Below, piece by piece: positions 1 to 9,575 of a DNA stretch of 64,000 nt. The notes beneath the pieces were generated by a model that was given only the letters and a program-made list of their open reading frames with translations, was not told the DNA's origin and searched no databases. The number at the start of each line of letters is the position of its first letter. The first letter of the stretch is position 1. The stretch is from an uncultured Acidobacteriota bacterium (lineage in GTDB: Bacteria > Acidobacteriota > Thermoanaerobaculia > UBA5066 > Gp7-AA6). The position numbers were made by a program, and so were the translations under genes. The stretch spans positions 326,257 to 390,256 of the forward strand of contig CAVZDB010000005.1 of the NCBI GenBank assembly GCA_963773905.1, read 5' to 3'.

Positions 1-462
1 CTGCTCCGGCGCGGCGAAGAGGAGCTCGCGGAACGCCAGCACGCCGACGAGCCGCTCCTGCGCGTCGGTGACGAAGACGTACGTGATGAAGCTGCGCTGC
101 ACGAGTTGGCGAAGGCGCTCGACCGCCTCGGCGACCGTGGTCTCCGGGCGAAACACCCCGGCGGGCTTTTCCATCAGCCGGCCGACGCTCGCCTCCGGAT
201 ATTGGATGTCGAGCCGCCACTCCTCGCTCCGGCTTCCCGGCGCCGCGGCGAAGATGCGCTCGCGATGGTCGCTCGGAAGCCTCTCGAGAATGTCCGCCGC
301 CTCGCCGGTGCTGAGCAGGGCGAGCGCCCGTGCCGCGAGCTCGTCGCTCTCGCGCCGCAGACGACGGGCCCCGTCGGCGGACGACATCGTGTGCAGCTCC
401 TCGCTGAGCGCGACCGTTCGGGGGGCATCGACGAGGATCCGGGAGCCGCCGCCTGACTCCAT
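1..462 (-). CDS. mgtE: Magnesium transporter MgtE, N-terminal part (the gene runs off the left edge)
   Basis: Not in the ORF track because it is open to the window edge. Minus-strand translation from ATG 462 (AGGAGG upstream) reads MESGGGSRILVD...AADILERLPSDHRERIF...VGRLMEKPAGVFRPETTVAEAVERLRQ...YVFVTDAQERLVGVLAFRELLFAAPEQ. This is an MgtE N-domain followed by the first CBS motif. Confidence 0.7.
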   Translation of the reverse strand, partial: MESGGGSRILVDAPRTVALSEELHTMSSADGARRLRRESDELAARALALLSTGEAADILERLPSDHRERIFAAAPGSRSEEWRLDIQYPEASVGRLMEKPAGVFRPETTVAEAVERLRQLVQRSFITYVFVTDAQERLVGVLAFRELLFAAPEQ

Positions 463-491
463 ACGCTCCTCCTCTTCTGGTTGGATGGGCG

Positions 492-507
492 GGCGAATCA
501 TAGCCCC
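492..507 (-). promoter_or_regulatory. Weak sigma-54-like promoter candidate upstream of mgtE
   Basis: Minus strand GGGGCTATGATTCGCC. GG and GC are 10 nt apart, but the -24 and -12 flanks are poor. It lies 31 nt before ATG 462. Confidence 0.3.
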
Positions 508-556
508 GACGGCGCGCCGGGAGGAGACTTCGCGGGCGGGGCCGCCGCGGCGGCTG

Positions 557-1396
557 CTAGGGCGCTCCGCCGGCCGGGGCGTCGCTCGGGGATCCGAGGA
601 GCCGGACGCTCGCGCCCCGGATCTCGAGCGTCTTCGGATCCTGGAGAAACGCCGCGACTCCGAGGTGGGACCGGTCCCAGCCCTTCTCGAGCTTGAGCGT
701 CGCCTTGAGCCGCGTCGGCTTCTCCACGTTCCCGGCCGACGTCAGCGTCCGCACGACGTAGTCGTTGCGCAGCGTCTTGCCGCCGTTCTCGCCCTTTCCG
801 ACCGGCGTGACGAGGCCCGTCTCGAAGACCGCCACGCGCAGCTCCCACCGTCGTCCGCGCAGACTCTCCGGGAGATCGACGTCGGCGTCGACCGAGACCT
901 TCGACGCTTCCGGCTCGAGACGGAGCGCGATCCCGGCCGCCGGCCTGGCCCCCGCCGCGGCGATCGCCGCGCGCAGCGCGCCCGCATCCGAGCCGACCAG
1001 CTGCGAGACGCCGTCGACGACGGCCTGCGGGGTGTAGGGAGCCTCGAGATGGAAGGCGCGCATGTAGTCGACCTGCCGCTCGGTCCACGAGTGGCTCGAG
1101 AACGGGTCGGTCCAGCCGACGTGGTTCCAGTAGTCGACGTGGAACGCCAGGGGAACCACGCGTCCGGCGTCCGCCGCGCCGAGCTGGGTGAGCAGCTGGT
1201 CCGCGGGAGGACAGGACGAGCAGCCCTGCGAGGTGAAGAGCTCGATGACGACGGGGTGGGCGACGGCGACGGGCTCGGGCTGTCGAACGGCCTGTGCCCC
1301 CGCGGACGTCTGCGCGAAAGAAGTGGAGACCACGCCTCCCACCATCACCAGGACGAGAAGAAGTGTCGATCGCCTCACGTCAGGCTCCTTCCGCAT
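557..1396 (-). CDS. DUF1223 (thioredoxin-like, SCPPAD motif) secreted protein
   Basis: This is the C-terminal 279 codons of ORF 557..2911(-), starting at ATG 1396. It has a signal peptide (MRKEPDVRRSTLLLVLVMVGG) and the motifs ELFTSQGCSSCPPAD and HVDYWNHVGW, typical of DUF1223. Confidence 0.85.
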   Translation of the reverse strand: MRKEPDVRRSTLLLVLVMVGGVVSTSFAQTSAGAQAVRQPEPVAVAHPVVIELFTSQGCSSCPPADQLLTQLGAADAGRVVPLAFHVDYWNHVGWTDPFSSHSWTERQVDYMRAFHLEAPYTPQAVVDGVSQLVGSDAGALRAAIAAAGARPAAGIALRLEPEASKVSVDADVDLPESLRGRRWELRVAVFETGLVTPVGKGENGGKTLRNDYVVRTLTSAGNVEKPTRLKATLKLEKGWDRSHLGVAAFLQDPKTLEIRGASVRLLGSPSDAPAGGAP

Positions 1397-1404
1397 TCTG
1401 ACCC

Positions 1405-1439
1405 AAAAAAGGAAGGGGGAGGCCACGAAGGCCTCCCCC
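1405..1439 (-). terminator. Rho-independent terminator after the TonB receptor gene
   Basis: Minus strand GGGGGAGGCC-TTCGT-GGCCTCCCCC followed by TTCCTTTTTT. It ends 9 nt before the DUF1223 start codon. Confidence 0.7.
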
Positions 1440-1461
1440 TGGGAAGGGAAAAACGCAGTCG

Positions 1462-4400
1462 CTAAAAGCTGACCCGCGCACCGAACCGCAGCTGGCGGGG
1501 AGCCCGGCGCGAGAGGGCCTTGTCGAAGCTGCCGAAGAACTCGTCCGGGGCTCCCGGGATGTCCTGCGTGTACGTGCTGTCGACCGAGAGCACCGTCTGG
1601 CGGTTGATCAGGTTGAAGCCCTGGAGGAACAGCGTGACGTCGACCGGCGAGAGCTTGAGGGTGTAGCCCAGCGAGGCGTTGATCTCGTAGTCGGTCGGCA
1701 GGCGCCCGAAGGAGCCGCGCGGGACCAGGAACAGCTCCGAGCCGTACTGGGTGTTGAAGTAGCCGATCTGGTCCGTCGGAGCGCCCGTGCGGACGAAGCC
1801 CGTGAGGCCGAACGTCAGCCCGAAGGGAGCCGTGTAGGCCGCATCGAGGCGGAAGGAGTGCGGCCGATCCAGGAAGAGCTTGCCGTCGGCGTTGTGCAGG
1901 AACGCGCCGTAGTCGAAGTCGGCATTGATGCCGGGGTCCGTCTGGCCTCCCGTGGACTGGCGGGCGGCGCCGTCGTAGTTGCCGCGCAGCTGCGACCAGA
2001 TGTAGGAGACCTGGGCGAAGAGGCTCCGGCCGACCTGCTTCTTGGCCACGAACTCCGCCGACCAGTAGTTGCGCTTCGCCGCCGGGACGGCCGAGTTGTA
2101 GACGCCGTTCGAGGGCAGCGGCTGCGAGATCGGCGTCAGCGCCTGGCTGTTGCACGCCGTGCCGGGGCTTCCCGAGTTGTCGAACGTGCCCGGCGTATCC
2201 GGTCCGAGACAGCCATGGACGTCGCCGTTCGCGTACGGGGAATCCGAACCCGGGTTGAAAATCACGCAGGTGTTGCCGTTGGCCTCGGGGTACGCGGAGT
2301 CGAGGTCGCAGCGATCCTCGATCGTGCGGCCGAGGTGCCGGTAGGTTCCCTTGACGCCGACCGCGAACGTGGGGTCGATCGCCTTGTCGAAGCCCAGGGT
2401 GTACTCGTCGTTGTAGATGCCCTTGAGGCCGGGCTGGACGGGCTCCGTGAACGGGCCGCCCTGAACGTTGACGTTCTTCGGCGCGTTCGGGTCCTGAAAG
2501 ATGTCCTCGGGATTCGGGCTGAAGTTGAAGACCGTGGCGATCGTCTGGGCGCCATAGGCGCGGACGTTGAGGTCGGTCGGCAGCGCAAAGTAGAAGCGGC
2601 CGTACGACGCCGAGATCTTGCTCGAGCCGTCGCCGATGACGTCCCACGCCAGGCCGACGCGAGGCTGCCACTCGTTCTTGAGCGTGAAGATCGTGCTGCC
2701 CGTATAGTCCTTGATGTCCTCCTGGTCCCAGCGGATGCCGGCGGACAGCGTCAGGGACGGAATGATCGTCCACTTGTCCTGAGCGAACGCGCTGTAGCGG
2801 ATGCTCTTCGGGTTGGCCTGGTTGCCGCCCGGGAGGATCGCGCTCGTCGGATCCGTCGCGCTGTTCGTGTAGAAATCGTGACCGTAGTACACGTCGGAGT
2901 TCGCGGGGCATCCGTTCGCCGGGCAGCTGTTGATCGACACGCGGGTTCCGCCCGTGAAGTAGGACGTCGTGAACGTCTGGTTGTTCTCGTAGTCGCCGCC
3001 CACCTTGATCTCGTGGTTCGCGGCGTAGAACGTGCCGTTCAGCTGGTAGGAGTCGCGTGTCGAGCTGTTGTTGTTGGTGGGCCCGAAGATCGAGCCGAAG
3101 CCGTTCGAGACCACCAGCGTGCCCGACGTGAGGTCGCGGATCTGGTACGTGTTGGAGAGCGGCGAGAGCTGGAAGCTGTCCTGGTGCCGCGAGTACCGCG
3201 CCGTGACGAGGGCGGAACTGCCGAAGAGCTGCGTCAGCGCTCCGGCGTAGTCCACCGCGCCGATGTCGCGGACGGCCTGGCGGATGATCGGGTTCGTCGA
3301 GGTGAAGTTCGCGATGTTGCCGGTCCGCGTCTCGGGGTCTCCGAACACGGTGCCGACGAGCGTCGTGCCCTGGCCGAAACGGGCGGTCAGCTTGCCGGAG
3401 TAGATGTTGCCGGTCGAGTCGAACGGCAGATCCTCACCCGCGGTTCCGAACAGCGGAGCGCTGCCCGCGCTGATGACCTGGCTGTTGTTGTAGGTCACGC
3501 GGTTGTACGCGCCGAAGAACCAGACGTGGTCCTTCATCAGGTAGCCGCCGAGGTCCGCGCCGTAGTCCTGACGGTCCTGCTGGCTGCGGTCGATGACCGA
3601 TTCCTGGTCGGTGCCGTTGTTGACGAAGTTCTGGCCGTCGTTGGTCGGAACGATGTCCGAGAAGCCCTTGTAGTCCGCGGTCAGGCCCTTCGTGTTGAAG
3701 TAGCCGAACGCGTCGCCGTGGAAGTCGTTGCCGCCGGACTTCGTCACGACGTTGATGACGCCGCCGGTCGAACGGCCGTACTCGGCCTCGTATCCGGAGC
3801 TCTTCACCTGGACTTCCTCGATGAACTCCTGCGAGAGCGCCTTGCCCTGGAACCCCTTGATGACGTTCGTCGTGTTGACGCCGTCCACCAGGTAGGAGTT
3901 CTCGACCGAGGTCGCGCCGTAGATCGTGTACCCGCCGCCCGTCATCGTGTTGCCGTTGCCCGACCGGCCCTGGTTCTCCGACTGGTCGGTGTTGACGCCG
4001 GGCTGGATCTCGACGACGCTCGAGTAGTTCCGCCCCATCGGCAGCTTCTGCGCGATCTCCTGGCGGATGTTGGTGCCGGATTCGGCCGAGGTCGTGTCGA
4101 CCACCGGCGCCTCACCCGTGACGACCAGCTCCTCCTTCGCCGAGACCTGGAGCTGCATTGCGACGTTGATGGCGGAATCCAGCTTCACGGTCGCGAGCTT
4201 CTCGACGCTCGTGAATCCGGAGAGCGTGCCCTTGATCTTGTAGGACCCGGGCGGGAGGGAGATGAATCGGAACGTGCCGTCGTTGCCGGTCACGCTGACG
4301 CGCGTGCCCTGCAGCGAGGCGCTCGAGGCCTCGACGGTCACTCCGGGGAGCGGCCGCCCGTCGGTGCCGGTGACCGTCCCCGTGATCTCGCCGGTCGTCT

Positions 4401-4470
4401 GCGCGAATGCGCCGGACGAGATCAGGAGAAGGGCGGCGAAGATCGCCAGACTGAATCGGAGACCCTTCAT
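1462..4470 (-). CDS. TonB-dependent receptor with an N-terminal carboxypeptidase-regulatory-like domain
   Basis: ORF 1462..4632(-), with the start moved to ATG 4470 (GGAGGA RBS). Signal peptide MKGLRFSLAIFAALLLISSGAFAQ, then GEITGTVTGTDGRPLPGVTVEA...GTFRFISLPPGSYK (CarboxypepD_reg), a plug domain, and a C-terminal ...QLRFGARVSF beta-barrel terminus. Confidence 0.9.
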   Translation of the reverse strand: MKGLRFSLAIFAALLLISSGAFAQTTGEITGTVTGTDGRPLPGVTVEASSASLQGTRVSVTGNDGTFRFISLPPGSYKIKGTLSGFTSVEKLATVKLDSAINVAMQLQVSAKEELVVTGEAPVVDTTSAESGTNIRQEIAQKLPMGRNYSSVVEIQPGVNTDQSENQGRSGNGNTMTGGGYTIYGATSVENSYLVDGVNTTNVIKGFQGKALSQEFIEEVQVKSSGYEAEYGRSTGGVINVVTKSGGNDFHGDAFGYFNTKGLTADYKGFSDIVPTNDGQNFVNNGTDQESVIDRSQQDRQDYGADLGGYLMKDHVWFFGAYNRVTYNNSQVISAGSAPLFGTAGEDLPFDSTGNIYSGKLTARFGQGTTLVGTVFGDPETRTGNIANFTSTNPIIRQAVRDIGAVDYAGALTQLFGSSALVTARYSRHQDSFQLSPLSNTYQIRDLTSGTLVVSNGFGSIFGPTNNNSSTRDSYQLNGTFYAANHEIKVGGDYENNQTFTTSYFTGGTRVSINSCPANGCPANSDVYYGHDFYTNSATDPTSAILPGGNQANPKSIRYSAFAQDKWTIIPSLTLSAGIRWDQEDIKDYTGSTIFTLKNEWQPRVGLAWDVIGDGSSKISASYGRFYFALPTDLNVRAYGAQTIATVFNFSPNPEDIFQDPNAPKNVNVQGGPFTEPVQPGLKGIYNDEYTLGFDKAIDPTFAVGVKGTYRHLGRTIEDRCDLDSAYPEANGNTCVIFNPGSDSPYANGDVHGCLGPDTPGTFDNSGSPGTACNSQALTPISQPLPSNGVYNSAVPAAKRNYWSAEFVAKKQVGRSLFAQVSYIWSQLRGNYDGAARQSTGGQTDPGINADFDYGAFLHNADGKLFLDRPHSFRLDAAYTAPFGLTFGLTGFVRTGAPTDQIGYFNTQYGSELFLVPRGSFGRLPTDYEINASLGYTLKLSPVDVTLFLQGFNLINRQTVLSVDSTYTQDIPGAPDEFFGSFDKALSRRAPRQLRFGARVSF

Positions 4471-4526
4471 GTCATTTCCTCCTTCGAAAAGGCGGTGAGT
4501 CGCTCTCACCACGGGCCTCCACAAAG

Positions 4527-4542
4527 AGCAATGCCGCTGCCA
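4527..4542 (-). promoter_or_regulatory. Putative sigma-54 (-24/-12) promoter for the TonB receptor gene
   Basis: Minus strand TGGCAGCGGCATTGCT. GG-N10-GC spacing is correct. It lies 58 nt upstream of ATG 4470. Confidence 0.6.
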
Positions 4543-4745
4543 CTGCCAACTCACGGCCCATCTCGTCCGAAGTGGCGTGTTTGCAGACGCGTGCGCGGTC
4601 GACAATCTGCATTGAAGAGATCCCCGACGCACGGATCGTTGAAGCGAGCGCCCGCAAACTTGGATTGGTCTGACGAAGTGGTTACATCATTCTTGCCGCG
4701 ATTGGTCATTGCGAGAGAACGGCGCGCGCCGGAGACTCCGCGGCC

Positions 4746-5300
4746 ATGAGGCGCGCGGAATTCGCAACGGCGATGACGGACGAAGTCTCCGCCGCGCCGC
4801 TCTCGCTCCTTCCACCGGACCGCACGCGGCGCGCGATCGTCGGCGGCGGGCTCCTCTGCGGGATCCTCGACATCTCGGCGGCGTTCGTGCTCTCGTGGGC
4901 GATCGCGCGCGTCGGACCGATTCGCGTCCTCCAGGGAATCGCCGAGGCGCTGCTCGGCCCCGTGAGCGCGCGGGGAGGCCTCGCCTCCGCCGCGCTCGGG
5001 CTGCTGATGCACTTTTCCGTCGCGTTCTTCTGGGCCGCCGTGTTCGCGCTCCTCGCACGGCGATTTCCGGCGCTCCTGCGCTGGACCGTGCCGGCGGGGC
5101 TCCTCTACGGCGCCCTCGTCTGGATCGTCATGTACCGGGTCGTGATCCCGCTCGTTCCGGTCGTGAACGCGCTCTACCTGACGACCTTCGACCGCGCGAT
5201 TCCGAGGCTGCGACTCCGGCAGGTGCTGGTCCACTTGCTGTGCGTGGGACTTCCGATCGCGCTCGCCGCGCGGCGCGCCGCGAAGCCGCAAACGGGCTGA
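4746..5300 (+). CDS. Hypothetical polytopic membrane protein
   Basis: ORF of 184 aa with 4-5 hydrophobic helices (GLLCGILDISAAFVLSWAI, LLMHFSVAFFWAAVFALL, LLYGALVWIVMYRVVIPLV, VLVHLLCVGLPIALA). Third codon positions are GC-rich. Confidence 0.6.
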   Translation: MRRAEFATAMTDEVSAAPLSLLPPDRTRRAIVGGGLLCGILDISAAFVLSWAIARVGPIRVLQGIAEALLGPVSARGGLASAALGLLMHFSVAFFWAAVFALLARRFPALLRWTVPAGLLYGALVWIVMYRVVIPLVPVVNALYLTTFDRAIPRLRLRQVLVHLLCVGLPIALAARRAAKPQTG

Positions 5301-5330
5301 GGAGCGGCGAGCCGCGCGATTCGGCCGGCG

Positions 5331-6851
5331 TCAGTCCGACGCGCGCGCGACTCTCGGCGAGTCGAGATGCTCGCGGACGATCGGAGCCAACTGCGCGACG
5401 CCCTCCTCGATCTCCGGCAGGCTGACGCCGCCGTATCCGAGGACCAGGCCGCGGCGCCGCGGGCGCCCGAGGTAGAACTGAGAGAGCGGCATGGCCTTGA
5501 CGCCGATCGCGCCCGCACGAAGGCCGATCGCGAGGTCGTCGACGTGATCGGGAAGCGCCACCGTCAGGTACATGCCCGCCGCGTCGCCGAGCACCCGCAC
5601 GGCGGACCCGAGCTCCCGCTCCAGCCCCTCGACGAGCGTGGTGCGGCGTTCGCGGCACAGCGAACGCGTCCGCCGGATGTGCCGGTCGAAGTGGCCCTCG
5701 CGGATGAAGTCGGCGAGCACCGCCTGATGAAACGTGGGCGAGAACATGTCCATCCCCTTGCGCACCGCGATGAACGGCGCGAGGAGATCGCGAGGCAGGA
5801 CGACGTACCCGAGCCGGATGGCCGGGTACATCATCTTGGTGAACGTGCCGATGTAGATGACCCGCGAGTCGCGGTCGAGGCCCTGCAGCGCCGCGATCGG
5901 AAGGTTCCCGAACCGGTACTCGCTGTCGTAGTCGTCCTCGATGATCCAGGCTCCCTCGTTGCGCGCCCAGTCGAGCAGCATCAGCCGGCGCGGCGCGCTC
6001 ATCGTCATCCCCAGCGGGCACTGGTGCGACGGGGTGACGAACGCGGCCCGGGCCTCGGAGCAACGCGCCATTCCCGCCTCGACGTCGAGCCCCTCCTCAT
6101 CCACCGGAACGGGAACCAGCCGCGCCCGCGCCATCTTCAGCGCCTTCTGCGCGCCGAAGTAGCCCGGCTCCTCGATCCAGACCGGGCTGCCTTCGTCGAG
6201 CAGCACGCGCGCGGTCACGTCGACGGCCTGCTGGGATCCGCTGACGATCATGATCTGTTCGGCGTCGCACCGCACGCCGCGCGAGCTGCGGAGGTATTCC
6301 GCGAGGCTCTCGCGCAGGGACGGAAGGCCCATGGCGTGGCCGTAGTAGAGCAGCTCCGGATCGGTCCGTCGCGAGTGGCGCGCTGCGAGCCGAGCCCAGA
6401 CGCGGAACGGGAAGAGGTCGACCGGAGGCTGCCCGACGCCGAACGCGCCGCGGCCTCGGAACCAGGGCTGGTCGACGGGACGCGCGAGCGCCGCGGGAAT
6501 GCGCGCGATGATCCTCCGCCCCGGCCGGCCCATCGGGTTGCCGTCCGCGGCGCGGAGAGCGGCTCGCGTGAGCTCCTCCGGCAGGGTTCTCGCGACGAAG
6601 GTCCCGGAGCCCACGCGGCTCTCGAAGTAGCCCTCCGCCAGCAGCTGCTCGAACGCATTGAGGACGGGGATGCGCGAGATGCGGAGCTCCGCCGCGATGG
6701 TCCGTGTCGAGGGCAGCCGCTGCCCGGCGCGCAGGCGCCGCTCGACGATCGCGTCGCGATAGCCCTCGTAGAGCTGCCGGTACAGCGGCGTGCGCGAGCT
6801 CGGATCGACCGAGGCGACCGGAAGCACTCCCGGAGGGACGCTCTTCTTCAT
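5331..6851 (-). CDS. MocR/PdxR-type regulator (GntR wHTH fused to a PLP-dependent aminotransferase fold)
   Basis: ORF of 506 aa. The N-terminus PLYRQLYEGYRDAIVERRLRAGQRLPSTRTIAAELRISRIPVLNAFEQLLAEGYFESRVGSGTFV is a GntR HTH. The remainder is aminotransferase class I/II-like (YYGHAMGLPSLRESLAEYL, SGSQQAVD, TFTKMMYPAIRLGYVV). Confidence 0.9.
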   Translation of the reverse strand: MKKSVPPGVLPVASVDPSSRTPLYRQLYEGYRDAIVERRLRAGQRLPSTRTIAAELRISRIPVLNAFEQLLAEGYFESRVGSGTFVARTLPEELTRAALRAADGNPMGRPGRRIIARIPAALARPVDQPWFRGRGAFGVGQPPVDLFPFRVWARLAARHSRRTDPELLYYGHAMGLPSLRESLAEYLRSSRGVRCDAEQIMIVSGSQQAVDVTARVLLDEGSPVWIEEPGYFGAQKALKMARARLVPVPVDEEGLDVEAGMARCSEARAAFVTPSHQCPLGMTMSAPRRLMLLDWARNEGAWIIEDDYDSEYRFGNLPIAALQGLDRDSRVIYIGTFTKMMYPAIRLGYVVLPRDLLAPFIAVRKGMDMFSPTFHQAVLADFIREGHFDRHIRRTRSLCRERRTTLVEGLERELGSAVRVLGDAAGMYLTVALPDHVDDLAIGLRAGAIGVKAMPLSQFYLGRPRRRGLVLGYGGVSLPEIEEGVAQLAPIVREHLDSPRVARASD

Positions 6852-7031
6852 CGCTCAACGATACTGGATCGCGGCGGAATCCAGTGAGGAAAGTGGTCTG
6901 ATCACATTCAACTTTCTGCATCGCGTTGAGAACCGCTTTCACAATGGGATTCGCCAGCAAATACAAAAATGCGTTTGTCCGATCCATCGTGTCGTTCTTA
7001 ATGGTCATAGAAAACAATCCGACATTGGATA

Positions 7032-7868
7032 TTGAGCGAGACCGCAGCCCCGCGCAGACTGACCCTCATGAGTGCGGGAGCTCGCTACGAGGTTCCGTCC
7101 GAGCGATCGCGGCCGGCGGCCGCTTCGCCCCTGCGCGCCGTCGACGCTCCGTTCCCTCACGGTCCGACGCCGGGCCGCGACGCGCGCGCCGATCTCCTGC
7201 TGCGCGCCGACTCGCTCGGCATTCCGTGGGAGCAGATCGTTCTGGAGGAGATTCGCGCTGAGGAGGGGCTTCGGCGGTACCTTGAGGACGTCGACGGGGA
7301 GTGGCCGCTCGCGGCCGCGCTCGGCATTCTCCCCTCCACCTTCCTGCGCTCGTGGCGCGTGCGCAACCGTCTTCAGAACCTCTCGGCGCAGGCGCGTGCC
7401 GCGCAGGCACGCGGCGCGCGAAGCGAGCTCCGGCGCGCCTTCGAACAGCTCGGCGGCAAGAACGAGGCGGACCGCACGACCCTCGCCGAGCATCTCTGGT
7501 TCGCGTACCAGCGGATCCTGCTCCTGCAGCGCGTCAGCCGCGCGGCGGCGGCGAGCCGGGGCGGCACGCCCGCGGAGCGCCTCGCCTTCATCTGCACGCG
7601 CGCGCGCTGCTGTTACGACGACGCCGCGTGGGCCGCGAGCGCGGAGGACTCGCCGCGTCCCGGTCACCGGCTCGATGCGGCCATCCGCAAGGTGCGGGAG
7701 GAGGGCTTCCAGATTCCGCGGGCCGCGACGGAGGCCCGCGCCTTCGCGACGCTGCGCCGCATCATCCGCGTCTCCCCCGCTCTCTCTCGCCGCCGCCGCC
7801 CCCACAACCCGGCGGCGCAGCGCGAGGGGGTTCCGCGCCGCCTCCCGCTCTCCGACGGCGTGGGCTGA
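7032..7868 (+). CDS. Hypothetical protein (start uncertain: TTG 7032 or ATG 7068)
   Basis: ORF of 278 aa with coding-like GC3. I recognise no motif and see no clear RBS. Confidence 0.4.
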   Translation: MSETAAPRRLTLMSAGARYEVPSERSRPAAASPLRAVDAPFPHGPTPGRDARADLLLRADSLGIPWEQIVLEEIRAEEGLRRYLEDVDGEWPLAAALGILPSTFLRSWRVRNRLQNLSAQARAAQARGARSELRRAFEQLGGKNEADRTTLAEHLWFAYQRILLLQRVSRAAAASRGGTPAERLAFICTRARCCYDDAAWAASAEDSPRPGHRLDAAIRKVREEGFQIPRAATEARAFATLRRIIRVSPALSRRRRPHNPAAQREGVPRRLPLSDGVG

Positions 7869-7933
7869 AGCCCGGGCTTTCCGACCCCGGGCGGAACGGG
7901 GGCATCCGCCTCGGCTAACATCCGCGCCAGGCC

Positions 7934-9550
7934 ATGGACGCTCCCCTCGACCCTTCGGGTCGTGATTCTCGGCTCCGGCTCGCGATGGCGGGGGTCCTCC
8001 TGGCGGGCGTGGCCGTGCGCCTCTGGGAGTACTTCGGCAACGCCTCGCTCTGGGTGGATGAGCTGGCCCTCTCCGAGAGCATCCTCCATCGATCGATGTC
8101 CGACCTGCTCGGCAGGCAGCTCGCGATGGGCCAGTCCGCCCCTCCCGGCTTCCTGGTCGCGGTCAAGGTCTCGACGATGCTCTTTGGCACCTCCGAGCTC
8201 GCACTCCGGGTCCCTTCGATCCTCTTCACCCTCGGGGCCCTTCCCCTCTTCGCGGCCGTCGCGAGGCGCTATCTCTCGGGATGGGCGGCGGTCTTCGCGA
8301 CGGCGCTCTTCGCCTTCGGGTCGCCGTTCGTCCACTACGGAGCGGAGCTCAAGCAATACGCGGGCGACGTGGCCGTCACGCTGCTGTTCCTGCTCGTCGC
8401 GTTCGACCTCAGTGTGGAGGCGCCCACGAAGAAGGCCTTCCTGCGCGCCGCGACAGCGGGAGCCCTCGGCGTCTGGTTTTCGATGCCCGCCGCAATGGTT
8501 CTGGCCGGCCTCGGCGTGGCGCTGCTCCTGCAGGCGCTGCTCCTTCCTCCGCGCAGGCCCAGCCGCGCGCTCCTCGCGACCATCGCGGTGTGGACGGTGG
8601 CCGCGGCGGCTTCCAGCCTCTGGAACATCACCCGTGCGGATCCGCAGACCCGATCCTTCCTCTATGGGTACTGGGTCGACGCCTTCCCGCCCTTCCCGCT
8701 GAGGCGGCGCCGGGATCTCCTCTGGCCGTTCAATCAGATCGTCCTGTTCTGGAAGTGGATGATGGGGTATCCGCGGCCCGGGATCTTCGCCGGACTCACG
8801 CTCGCCGGCTTCGTCGGGCTCTGGCGGAGACGGCGGGCCTCCGCACTCCTCCTGGCGGGACCTCTCGTCGTCACCGTCGCCGCCTCCGCGGCTCACTTCT
8901 ATCCTTTGCGAGGGCGCCTGACGCTCTTCCTCGGACCCTGCCTCCTCCTGCTCGCCGCGGAAGGAGTCCGCTGGATCGCTCGCGGCCTGGAGCACGTCCA
9001 CGTCCCGAAGCCGTTGGCCGCGGCCCTTTTCGCCCTGCCGCCCCTTCTCGCGTTCGTGGACAACCACCCGGTCGGCCGGCGGCAGGAGAACCGCCTGCTC
9101 TTCGAGTACGTGCAGCGAAGGCGGCGGCCCGGCGATGCGATCTACATCCCCTACGACACGATCCGGGCGCTTCTCTACTACGGGCCGCGCACCGGGCTGG
9201 ATCCGGCCTCGGTCTCGCCGGGAGCGTGCCATCGCGGCGATCTGTCCGCCTACCTCCGCGAGATCGATCGCTACCGCGGCCGGCCGCGCGTGTGGGTGAT
9301 CTTCGCGCAGACCGTGCCGGCGACGATGGAGCAGCCGACGATGCGAGGCTACCTTGGGACCATCGGACGCCGGCGCGAGGGGCTCACGGTTCCCACCGTA
9401 GAGTCCGCGGCTTTCGACATGCGCGCGGAGCTCTACGACCTGAGCGATCCCGCCCGGCTCGCCGCGAGCACGGCCGACACCTTTCCGCTTCCCCTGGTCG
9501 ACGCGGAAACCGTTCGGCGGCTGTCCTGCTGGCCGGAGCCGCGCTCCTGA
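7934..9550 (+). CDS. GT39/ArnT-like membrane glycosyltransferase family protein
   Basis: ORF of 538 aa. It has about 9 N-terminal TM helices and an early VDELALS motif that resembles the PMT/ArnT DE motif, followed by a soluble C-terminal domain. Confidence 0.65.
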   Translation: MDAPLDPSGRDSRLRLAMAGVLLAGVAVRLWEYFGNASLWVDELALSESILHRSMSDLLGRQLAMGQSAPPGFLVAVKVSTMLFGTSELALRVPSILFTLGALPLFAAVARRYLSGWAAVFATALFAFGSPFVHYGAELKQYAGDVAVTLLFLLVAFDLSVEAPTKKAFLRAATAGALGVWFSMPAAMVLAGLGVALLLQALLLPPRRPSRALLATIAVWTVAAAASSLWNITRADPQTRSFLYGYWVDAFPPFPLRRRRDLLWPFNQIVLFWKWMMGYPRPGIFAGLTLAGFVGLWRRRRASALLLAGPLVVTVAASAAHFYPLRGRLTLFLGPCLLLLAAEGVRWIARGLEHVHVPKPLAAALFALPPLLAFVDNHPVGRRQENRLLFEYVQRRRRPGDAIYIPYDTIRALLYYGPRTGLDPASVSPGACHRGDLSAYLREIDRYRGRPRVWVIFAQTVPATMEQPTMRGYLGTIGRRREGLTVPTVESAAFDMRAELYDLSDPARLAASTADTFPLPLVDAETVRRLSCWPEPRS

Positions 9551-9575
9551 GACGAGTCCGGAGAAGCCTTCGCCT

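Noticed and set aside
1858-4749. Very long Arg/Ala/Gly-rich ORFs antisense to or overlapping real genes. Examples: 68-1465(+), 1858-4749(+), 7664-9721(-), 24645-26696(-), 27186-28496(-) upstream part, 45509-48598(-) upstream part, 47949-50075(-), 53487-55583(+).
   Set aside because: These are typical shadow ORFs of GC-rich DNA. They have a monotonous R/A/G/P composition and no motifs. Each overlaps a gene with clear family signatures on the other strand or frame.
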